A DNA stretch of 12,853 nucleotides from a virus (taxonomy: Duplodnaviria; Heunggongvirae; Uroviricota; Caudoviricetes), in the IMG/VR virus record IMGVR_UViG_2778261303_000004; one strand, written 5' to 3'. The notes beneath the pieces are model-generated. The model was not told the DNA's origin and ran no database searches. It saw only the letters and a program-made list of their open reading frames with translations. This document shows positions 1 to 6,913 of this stretch, in pieces. Positions within the stretch are counted from its first letter, which is position 1. Each line of letters begins with the position of its first letter. Made by a program: the position numbers and the translations under genes.

Positions 1-158
1 ATTTATCTCTATGTTCAACCATATTTTTTAAATTACGTGTGGTTTTCTTAATTTTATTTAATGAAATAATATTAAATTATTAACAGTTTGATTTATTTTT
101 ATATCAGGAGAAATTTTATATCTGAAACAAAGTCCCATTTTTTTGCAGAGGTGAGGTT

Positions 159-374
159 GTGAGTTCGATAGATAAGATTTCAACTGGTATTTCCTATGGC
201 ACCTCCGTAGGCAGTGCTGGCTACTGGTTTTTACAGTGGCTTGATCAGGTCAGTCCGTCACAGTGGGCGGCAATTGGTGTACTGGGAAGTCTGGCACTGG
301 GCTTTCTGACTTATCTGACGAATCTGTATTTCAAGATTAAAGAAGACAGGCGTAAGGCTGCACGGAGGGAATGA
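159..374 (+). CDS. S: Class II holin, phage 21 S-type pinholin (71 aa)
   Basis: Translation (...[67 protein letters not shown]) matches from memory the 71-aa S21/EssD pinholin: two TMDs, glycine-zipper TMD2, basic C-terminus. Only in-frame start is GTG at 159, preceded by purine-rich GAGGTGAGG. Followed by a lysozyme with a SAR N-terminus. Confidence 0.9.
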   Translation: MSSIDKISTGISYGTSVGSAGYWFLQWLDQVSPSQWAAIGVLGSLALGFLTYLTNLYFKIKEDRRKAARRE

Positions 375-467
375 CTCATCGAACTATTCTCTTGTTCAGA
401 AAATTACCAGTTGATCTGGCTTTATCGGAGATGCTCTTCTTTAATGTACAGAAACAAATTTTTAACT

Positions 468-785
468 TTATCTGAACTTGAGTGATAATTTATTGAAGAG
501 TCGTTTTTTTTGGAGGCAGGCATGACTTTTGTCCCATAAGCAATTACAGGAACTGAATTCTTCATTAATCCATTCGTTTATATTATGTTTCAGTTGTTGA
601 AGTATTAATGGTGTCAATGCAGTTTTTATAATATCCAGCGTTTCTGTCGAGAGACGGCCATATGGTTCAGCGATAATGGATTTCGTTACATTATAATTGT
701 CCTTGAGGAGTATCAGAAATTCTGACTTAACTTTTTCGTTCAGTACAAGCATAAATACTCTGTGTAAGTTGTCTTTATCATTCAT
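468..785 (-). CDS. Hypothetical protein, AT-rich moron-like ORF (105 aa from ATG at 783-785; 107 aa if TTG at 789-791)
   Basis: Uninterrupted 105-107 codon ORF on the minus strand in a visibly AT-rich segment (roughly 30% GC by eye) where stop codons should be frequent, so chance is unlikely. No convincing Shine-Dalgarno before either start. No hydrophobic TM segment; C-terminal Cys/His cluster (SSCNCLWDKSHAC). No homolog recognised. Confidence 0.45.
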   Translation of the reverse strand: MNDKDNLHRVFMLVLNEKVKSEFLILLKDNYNVTKSIIAEPYGRLSTETLDIIKTALTPLILQQLKHNINEWINEEFSSCNCLWDKSHACLQKKRLFNKLSLKFR

Positions 786-913
786 TTTCAAAGCTTAATC
801 TTTGGTCATCCGGCGTGTAGCCCTGAGGTATGTGCATCAGATGTGTTATGAGCCTCTGATGACAGATCTAACATAGCCGGGATTCAGAAGACTATAAATC
901 CTGATAAATATCC

Positions 914-1447
914 ATGAACGCAAAAATCAGATACGGCCTGTCGGCTACTGTACTAGCGCTGATTGGTGCAGGCGCGTCTGCTCCTCAAATACTTAACCAG
1001 TTTCTGGACGAAAAAGAAGGTAACCACACCACTGCATACCGTGATGGTTCCGGCATATGGACCATCTGCCGGGGAGCAACGATGGTGGATGGTAAACCTG
1101 TTATTCAGGGCATGAAACTGACGAAGGAAAAATGTGGCCAGGTTAATGCCATTGAACGTGATAAGGCACTGGCATGGGTGGAACGCAATATTAAAGTACC
1201 ACTGACCGAACCACAAAAAGCGGGTATTGCGTCATTCTGTCCCTATAACATTGGCCCCGGTAAATGTTTTCCGTCAACGTTCTATAAGCGGCTGAATGCC
1301 GGTGATCGTAAGGGCGCATGCGAGGCGATTCGCTGGTGGATAAAAGATGGTGGGCGCGATTGCCGCATACGTTCAAATAACTGCTATGGACAGGTTATTC
1401 GTCGTGACCAGGAAAGCGCATTAGCCTGTTGGGGGATAGATCAGTGA
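914..1447 (+). CDS. R: SAR endolysin, phage 21 R / DLP12 RrrD-type lysozyme (177 aa)
   Basis: N-terminus [24 protein letters not shown] is a Gly/Ala-rich signal-anchor-release domain; [22 protein letters not shown] and the rest match remembered RrrD/R21 lysozyme. Immediately precedes Rz. Confidence 0.92.
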   Translation: MNAKIRYGLSATVLALIGAGASAPQILNQFLDEKEGNHTTAYRDGSGIWTICRGATMVDGKPVIQGMKLTKEKCGQVNAIERDKALAWVERNIKVPLTEPQKAGIASFCPYNIGPGKCFPSTFYKRLNAGDRKGACEAIRWWIKDGGRDCRIRSNNCYGQVIRRDQESALACWGIDQ

Positions 1448-1908
1448 GCAGAGTCGCCGCGATTATTTATGCTCTGGTTATCTGCATCATCGTCTGCCTG
1501 TCGTGGGCGGTCAATCATTACCGTGATAACGCCATCACCTACAAAGCCCAGCGCGATAAAAATGCCAGAGAACTGAAGCTGGCGAACTCGACAATTACTG
1601 ATATGCAGGTGCGCCAGCGTGATGTTGCTGCGCTCGATGCAAAATACACAAAGGAGTTAGCCGATGCGAAAGCTGAAAATGATGCTCTGCGTGATGATGT
1701 TGCCGCTGGTCGTCGTCGGTTGCGCATCAAAGCAGTCTGTCAGTCAGTGCGTGAAGCCACCACCGCCTCCGGCGTGGATAATGCAGTCTCCCCCAGACTG
1801 GCAGACGTCGCTGAACGGGATTATTTTACCCTCAGAGAACGAGTGATGGTGATGCAGAAACAACTGGAAGGAGCGCAGGAATATATCCGTACTCAATGTC
1901 TGAAATAA
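1444..1908 (+). CDS. Rz: Rz i-spanin (inner-membrane spanin subunit)
   Basis: GTG start at 1444 overlapping the endolysin stop (GTGA); N-terminal TM helix [19 protein letters not shown] followed by a charged coiled-coil-like periplasmic domain; matches remembered RzpD/Rz. The ORF track's 1429 start is a TTG inside the endolysin gene and less likely. Confidence 0.85.
   Translation: MSRVAAIIYALVICIIVCLSWAVNHYRDNAITYKAQRDKNARELKLANSTITDMQVRQRDVAALDAKYTKELADAKAENDALRDDVAAGRRRLRIKAVCQSVREATTASGVDNAVSPRLADVAERDYFTLRERVMVMQKQLEGAQEYIRTQCLK
1664..1846 (+). CDS. Rz1: Rz1 o-spanin lipoprotein, embedded in the +1 frame of Rz
   Basis: 60-aa ORF wholly inside Rz in another frame; signal peptide with lipobox VVGC, then proline-rich PPPPPAW...PPDW, the hallmark of Rz1/RzoD. 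Confidence 0.85.
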   Translation: MRKLKMMLCVMMLPLVVVGCASKQSVSQCVKPPPPPAWIMQSPPDWQTSLNGIILPSENE

Positions 1909-2057
1909 GTTCCCGGATACGCTGTATCGACGCTGTGTTTCCGTATTAACAGAAATAGTTGACTGATGTTGTTGACTTCATGTTCGTTGGTACGGAAATA
2001 ATCGAAACGATGCACATCGGATTTTACAGTGTACAAGGTGTGAGGACTTATTTCCCG

Positions 2058-2297
2058 TTATTGTCCATTAGTACGATGGTAAAAGTAACCTGACCGGGTA
2101 TTTAGTTCTTCAGTATTCCGTTGTGCTGTCTTTATTCTCTTCTCTGTTGACAGTCTTCGGCGACAGGCTTCAATGACCCATGCAGAAAAATTTCCTGATC
2201 CTTTTTCTTCAAGAGCAATATGTATCTGCTCGATCATTCGGTTTGGAAAGCGGATGTTACGGGTAGTTGTTCTGCTGGTTTTATTTTTTGATGACAT
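2058..2297 (-). CDS. Putative ribbon-helix-helix (Arc/CopG-like) small DNA-binding protein, 79 aa
   Basis: Minus-strand ORF between Rz and cos (the position bor occupies in lambda). N-terminal basic stretch then RNIRFPNRMIEQIHIALEEKGSGNFSAWVIEACRRRL fits beta-strand / helix A / helix B of an RHH fold. Possibly related to small YlcI/DUF3950-like proteins at this position in DLP12-type prophages (memory only, unverified). Confidence 0.55.
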   Translation of the reverse strand: MSSKNKTSRTTTRNIRFPNRMIEQIHIALEEKGSGNFSAWVIEACRRRLSTEKRIKTAQRNTEELNTRSGYFYHRTNGQ

Positions 2298-2451
2298 GAT
2301 GTTGTCCCGTGTTCAGTGTTGCTGATTTGTATTGTCTGAAGTTGTTTTTACGTTAAGTTGATGCGGATCAATTAATGCGACACCTGCGCCAAAATTGATT
2401 ATTTGCCGTGGTTTCATGGTGTACATAGAAGTTGTGATGGTCTTTATGAAC

Positions 2452-2468
2452 ATGATAATTATTATCAT
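2452..2468. promoter_or_regulatory. 17-bp AT-rich palindrome ATGATAAT-T-ATTATCAT (Fur-box-like GATAAT hexamer pair)
   Basis: Near-perfect inverted repeat read directly from the sequence, about 37 bp upstream of cosN; two inverted GATAAT hexamers as in the Fur consensus GATAATGATAATCATTATC. Function not established. Confidence 0.3.
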
Positions 2469-2504
2469 TTGAATGGGTCCTTTCCGGTGATCCGGCAGGC
2501 TACG

Positions 2505-2516
2505 GGGCGGCGACCT
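2505..2516. other. cos: cosN cohesive-end sequence GGGCGGCGACCT (terminase nicking site)
   Basis: Exact 12-nt lambda cohesive-end sequence, followed by CGCGCGTTTTCACTATTTATGAAAATTTTT, closely matching the remembered left end of lambda; lies directly upstream of Nu1/A terminase genes. Confidence 0.85.
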
Positions 2517-2556
2517 CGCGCGTTTTCACTATTTATGAAAATTTTTCGGGAAAAAG

Positions 2557-2667
2557 CAGATCCGTTCTTCTTCTTTTTAACTGATTGATTATCAGTAGAA
2601 TATTAAAAATATAAAAGGATCTGACAAAGGCTGTTTTTGTCCGAAAACGTCATTTTCAGATCCTTTC
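2557..2667. repeat. cosB: cosB-like terminase binding region: three copies of CAGATCC[G/T]TT[C/T] (R3 2557-2567 direct, R2 2613-2623 inverted, R1 2657-2667 direct)
   Basis: Three 11-bp elements read directly from the sequence in the same direct / inverted / direct layout as lambda cosB R3-I1-R2-R1, between cosN and the Nu1 start. The core differs from the lambda R sites as remembered. Confidence 0.7.
2578..2590 (-). promoter_or_regulatory. IHF consensus site (I1-like) between R3 and R2
   Basis: Reverse complement AATCAATCAGTTA fits IHF consensus WATCAANNNNTTR, inside an AT-rich tract at the position of lambda cosB I1. Confidence 0.5.
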
Positions 2668-2685
2668 TGGTTTCCGGATGAGTGT

Positions 2686-3234
2686 ATGAACGTCAATAAG
2701 AAAAAACTGGCCGATATTTTTGGCGTTGATGTCAGGACCATCACCGCCTGGCAGAGTCAGGGGTTACCACTAGTTTCTGGTGGAGGGAAAGGGACTGAAT
2801 CAGTTTTTGATACAACTGCTGCCATTCAGTGGTATGCGCAGCGCGAAGCTGATATTGAAAACGAAAAACTCCGTAAAGAGGTCGAGGATTTGAGGGCTGC
2901 CAGCGAATCAGACCTTCAGCCCGGCACCATTGATTACGAACGTTACCGACTGACGAAGGCACAGGCAGATGCACAGGAACTGAAAAATGCCCGCGACAGT
3001 GGGCAGGTCATTGATACAGGGTTTTGCCTTTTTGCTCTGGGAAGACTGGCACAGGAGATCTCTGCCATTCTTGACTCCATTCCATTGTCCATGCAGAGAC
3101 AGTTTTCGGCACTGACGCCCGCTATGCTTGATTTCCTGAAAACCGATATAGCAAAGGCGGCAAACCGATGCGCATCAACGGCAGAGAAGTTACCGGAGAT
3201 GCTGGATGAATACCTCAGAGAAGCAGCTAAATAA
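2686..3234 (+). CDS. Nu1: Terminase small subunit (Nu1 / Noh-type), 182 aa
   Basis: [36 protein letters not shown]...[48 protein letters not shown] aligns along its length with remembered lambda Nu1 (winged-HTH N-terminus); lies immediately downstream of cos. Confidence 0.95.
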   Translation: MNVNKKKLADIFGVDVRTITAWQSQGLPLVSGGGKGTESVFDTTAAIQWYAQREADIENEKLRKEVEDLRAASESDLQPGTIDYERYRLTKAQADAQELKNARDSGQVIDTGFCLFALGRLAQEISAILDSIPLSMQRQFSALTPAMLDFLKTDIAKAANRCASTAEKLPEMLDEYLREAAK

Positions 3235-5134
3235 CTTTGCTGTTGTTTGTGGAGTGGCACTTCGTGGGCTTTTACGCCCACTGCCTGTAACCACTGTTGA
3301 ATGGGCCGATCAAAATTATTATTTGCCCCCGGAGTCCTCTTATCTTGCTGGGCGGTGGAAGACGTTGCCATTTCAGGTGGCAATAATGAACTGCATGGGT
3401 AATGACCGGATCCGCACGATTAATCTTATAAAATCAGCTCGAGTCGGTTACACCAAAATGCTGATGGGCGTTATTGGTTACTTTATTGAGCATAAAAACC
3501 GTAACAGTCTTCTGTTTCAGCCTACGGATTCTGCCGCTGAAGATTTTATGAAGTCTCATGTGGAGTCAACATTACGGGATGTTCCCTGTCTGAAAATTCT
3601 TTCCCCCTGGCTGGGACGTAAGCACCGGGATAACACGCTGACATTAAAAAGATTCACTTCCCGTGTGGGTTTCTGGTGCCTGGGTGGTGCTGCCGCCAAA
3701 AACTACCGTGAAAAATCCGTGGATGTGGTCTGCTATGACGAACTTTCCTCGTTCGAGACGGATGTTGAAAAAGAGGGCTCGCCAACCCTGCTTGGCGATA
3801 AACGTATTGAGGGCTCTGTATGGCCAAAATCCATTCGCGGCTCGACGCCTAAAATAAAAGGCTCCTGCCAGATCGAAAAAGCGGCCAACGAGTCGGCGCA
3901 TTTCATGCGTTTTTATGTGCCCTGCCCGCACTGTGGGGAGGAGCAGTATCTGAAATTTGGCGATGAATCCACGCCTTTTGGCCTTAAATGGGAGAAGGAC
4001 AGCCCAGAAAGCGTTTTCTACCTCTGTGAACATCATGGCTGCGTGATCCATCAGTCTGAGCTTGACCAGAGCAACGGGCGGTGGATCTGTGAAAACACGG
4101 GCATGTGGACCCGTGACGGTCTGATGTTTTTCAGCGACCGGGGTGATGAAATTCCGCCGCCGCGCTCCATCACTTTCCATATCTGGACGGCGTACAGTCC
4201 GTTCACCACCTGGGTACAGATTGTCTATGACTGGCTGGATGCACTGAAAGATCCCAACGGCCTGAAAACCTTTGTGAACACCACGCTGGGCGAGACCTGG
4301 GAAGAGGCCGTGGGCGAAAAACTCGAACACCAGGTACTGATGGATAAGGTGGTGCGTTACACGGCGGCAGTGCCTGCCCGGGTGGTTTATCTGACGGCGG
4401 GCATTGACTCGCAGCGAAACCGTTTTGAGATGTATGTCTGGGGATGGGCTCCGGGAGAGGAAGCCTTTCTGGTGGATAAAATCATCATTATGGGGCGTCC
4501 CGATGAGGAAGAGACGCTGTTACGTGTGGATACGGCGATCAACAAAAAATACCGCCATGCAGACGGAACCGAAATGACTATTTCCCGTGTCTGCTGGGAC
4601 ATAGGGGGGATCGATGGCGAAATCGTTTATCAGAGGTCAAAAAAACACGGTGTTTTCCGGGTGCTGCCGGTAAAAGGCGCATCTGTCTATGGCAAGCCGG
4701 TGATCACCATGCCAAAAACCCGCAATCAGCGGGGCGTGTATCTGTGTGAAGTGGGGACGGACACCGCAAAAGAAATTCTCTATGCCCGTATGAAAGCCGA
4801 TCCCACGCCTGCGGATGAAGCCACGTCGTATGCCATCCGTTTTCCTGATGATCCGGAGATTTTTTCGCAGACAGAGGCGCAGCAACTGGTTGCGGAAGAG
4901 CTTGTGGAGAAGTGGGAAAAAGGAAAGATGCGTCTGCTGTGGGATAACAAAAAGCGGCGTAACGAAGCGCTGGACTGCCTGGTGTATGCCTACGCGGCAT
5001 TACGTGTGTCCGTGCAGCGCTGGCAGCTCGATCTGGCTGTACTGGCAAAATCCCGGGAAGAAGAGACGACCCGGCCAACCCTTAAAGAACTGGCAGCGAA
5101 GCTGTCCGGAGGAGTGAATGGTTACAGTCGCTGA
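3206..5134 (+). CDS. A: Terminase large subunit (gpA), 642 aa
   Basis: Collinear with remembered lambda gpA ([61 protein letters not shown]); 29-nt overlap with the Nu1 3' end as in lambda. Confidence 0.97.
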   Translation: MNTSEKQLNNFAVVCGVALRGLLRPLPVTTVEWADQNYYLPPESSYLAGRWKTLPFQVAIMNCMGNDRIRTINLIKSARVGYTKMLMGVIGYFIEHKNRNSLLFQPTDSAAEDFMKSHVESTLRDVPCLKILSPWLGRKHRDNTLTLKRFTSRVGFWCLGGAAAKNYREKSVDVVCYDELSSFETDVEKEGSPTLLGDKRIEGSVWPKSIRGSTPKIKGSCQIEKAANESAHFMRFYVPCPHCGEEQYLKFGDESTPFGLKWEKDSPESVFYLCEHHGCVIHQSELDQSNGRWICENTGMWTRDGLMFFSDRGDEIPPPRSITFHIWTAYSPFTTWVQIVYDWLDALKDPNGLKTFVNTTLGETWEEAVGEKLEHQVLMDKVVRYTAAVPARVVYLTAGIDSQRNRFEMYVWGWAPGEEAFLVDKIIIMGRPDEEETLLRVDTAINKKYRHADGTEMTISRVCWDIGGIDGEIVYQRSKKHGVFRVLPVKGASVYGKPVITMPKTRNQRGVYLCEVGTDTAKEILYARMKADPTPADEATSYAIRFPDDPEIFSQTEAQQLVAEELVEKWEKGKMRLLWDNKKRRNEALDCLVYAYAALRVSVQRWQLDLAVLAKSREEETTRPTLKELAAKLSGGVNGYSR

Positions 5135-5324
5135 ACTGCAGGCGCTGCGTCAGGCGCGCCTTGATTTATTAACCGGTAAACGGGTGGTGTCTGTCCAGAA
5201 AGATGGTCGCAGAATTGAATATACGGCGGCTTCTCTGGATGAGCTTAACAGGGCGATCAATGATGCGGAGTCGGTACTGGGGACAACCCGACGTCGCCGT
5301 CGTCCGCTGGGAGTGAGGTTATGA
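5118..5324 (+). CDS. W: Head completion / head-tail joining protein gpW, 68 aa
   Basis: LLTGKRVVSVQKDGRRIEYTAASLDELN matches lambda gpW; AGGAGG-type RBS (GGAGGAGTGA) before ATG; ATGA overlap with the portal start. Confidence 0.93.
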   Translation: MVTVAELQALRQARLDLLTGKRVVSVQKDGRRIEYTAASLDELNRAINDAESVLGTTRRRRRPLGVRL

Positions 5325-6913
5325 AACTAACGCCTGTCCTGATTGATGTGAACGGCGTTCCGCTTCGTGAGAGTCTCAGCTACAACGGGGGCGGCGCAGG
5401 ATTTGGCGGGCAAATGGCGGAGTGGTTGCCACCGGCGCAGAGTGCCGATGCGGCCCTGCTGCCCGCGTTGCGTCTGGGGAATGCCCGGGCAGATGATCTG
5501 GTGCGCAATAACGGAATAGCGGCTAATGCGGTGGCACTGCATAAAGATCACATTGTCGGGCATATGTTTCTGATCAGCTACCGTCCGAACTGGCGCTGGC
5601 TGGGGATGCGGGAGACTGCAGCAAAAAGCTTTGTCGATGAGGTGGAGGCGGCCTGGTCGGAATACGCCGAAGGGATGTTTGGCGAGATCGACGTGGAAGG
5701 AAAACGCACCTTCACGGAATTTATCCGTGAAGGTGTGGGCGTTCATGCGTTTAACGGCGAAATATTTGTGCAGCCGGTCTGGGATACGGAAACCACGCAG
5801 TTATTCCGTACGCGTTTTAAAGCCGTGAGTCCGAAACGGGTGGACACGCCAGGACACGGTATGGGGAACCGTTTTCTGCGGGCCGGTGTGGAGGTCGATC
5901 GATATGGCCGTGCCGTTGCGTACCACATCTGTGAGGATGATTTTCCGTTCTCTGGTAGTGGAGGATGGGAACGGATCCCGCGTGAACTTCCCACCGGGCG
6001 TCCGGCTATGCTGCATATTTTCGAGCCGGTGGAGGACGGGCAGACCCGTGGTGCTAATCAGTTTTACAGCGTCATGGAGCGGCTGAAGATGCTCGATTCC
6101 CTGCAGGTAACACAGCTTCAGTCGGCCATTGTGAAGGCCATGTATGCAGCCACAATCGAAAGTGAACTTGATACCGAAAAGGCCTTTGAATATATCGCCG
6201 GTGCGCCGCAGGGGCAGAAGGATAATCCGCTTATTAATATTCTGGAGAAGTTCTCCAGCTGGTATGACACGAATCACGTGACGCTGGGCGGTGTCAAAAT
6301 TCCGCACCTTTTCCCAGGGGATGATCTGAAACTGCAGACCGCGCAGGATTCAGACAATGGATTTTCTGCGCTTGAACAGGCGCTGCTGCGGTATATCGCC
6401 GCCGGTCTTGGCGTTTCCTACGAACAGTTGTCCCGTGACTACTCGAAGGTCAGTTACTCAAGTTCCCGCGCCTCCGCCAATGAGTCGTGGCGCTATTTTA
6501 TGGGGCGGCGAAAATTTATTGCGGCCCGGCTGGCCACGCAGATGTTTTCCTGCTGGCTGGAAGAGGCACTTCTTCGGGGGATTATTCGTCCGCCACGGGC
6601 ACGTTTTGATTTTTATCAGGCGCGATCAGCCTGGTCACGGGCAGAGTGGATTGGTGCCGGAAGAATGGCCATTGACGGGCTCAAGGAAGTCCAGGAATCA
6701 GTGATGCGCATTGAGGCCGGACTGAGCACGTATGAGAAAGAGCTGGCGCTGATGGGCGAGGATTATCAGGACATTTTCCGCCAGCAGGTCAGGGAATCTG
6801 CAGAGCGGGAAAAAGCCGGACTCTCACGTCCGGTGTGGATAGCGCAGGCGTATCAGCAGCAGATAGCGGAGAGTCGCAGGCCGGAAGAGGAGACAACACC
6901 ACGTGAGACGTAA
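5321..6913 (+). CDS. B: Portal protein gpB, 530 aa
   Basis: Size, position and sequence consistent with lambda gpB; start overlaps W stop. Confidence 0.95.
   Translation: MKLTPVLIDVNGVPLRESLSYNGGGAGFGGQMAEWLPPAQSADAALLPALRLGNARADDLVRNNGIAANAVALHKDHIVGHMFLISYRPNWRWLGMRETAAKSFVDEVEAAWSEYAEGMFGEIDVEGKRTFTEFIREGVGVHAFNGEIFVQPVWDTETTQLFRTRFKAVSPKRVDTPGHGMGNRFLRAGVEVDRYGRAVAYHICEDDFPFSGSGGWERIPRELPTGRPAMLHIFEPVEDGQTRGANQFYSVMERLKMLDSLQVTQLQSAIVKAMYAATIESELDTEKAFEYIAGAPQGQKDNPLINILEKFSSWYDTNHVTLGGVKIPHLFPGDDLKLQTAQDSDNGFSALEQALLRYIAAGLGVSYEQLSRDYSKVSYSSSRASANESWRYFMGRRKFIAARLATQMFSCWLEEALLRGIIRPPRARFDFYQARSAWSRAEWIGAGRMAIDGLKEVQESVMRIEAGLSTYEKELALMGEDYQDIFRQQVRESAEREKAGLSRPVWIAQAYQQQIAESRRPEEETTPRET

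Noticed and set aside
1-158. Individual sigma70 -35/-10 promoter calls in the AT-rich leader
   Set aside because: AT-rich DNA gives many hexamer near-matches; no single site stood out with proper spacing, so none is reported as a feature.
953-1376. 87-aa and 61-aa minus-strand ORFs within the endolysin gene
   Set aside because: Antisense to a well-supported SAR lysozyme gene; no features.
1539-1730. 63-aa minus-strand ORF within Rz/Rz1
   Set aside because: The region is already doubly coding (Rz and embedded Rz1), both with clear spanin signatures; a third antisense gene is implausible without evidence.
2403-2588. 61-aa plus-strand ORF spanning cosN and the first cosB repeat
   Set aside because: It reads straight through the cohesive-end site and terminase-binding repeats, which match the lambda cos region; the translation is low-complexity (FFFFL) and is most likely a chance ORF over a structural DNA site.
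3644-4330. 228-aa minus-strand ORF inside the terminase large subunit gene
   Set aside because: Antisense to a clearly homologous, full-length gpA gene; GC-rich coding DNA commonly yields long antisense ORFs; no RBS or recognisable protein features.
5801-6307. 168-aa minus-strand ORF (and neighbouring 139-aa and 83-aa ones) inside the portal gene
   Set aside because: Antisense shadow ORFs within a well-supported portal gene; no independent support.
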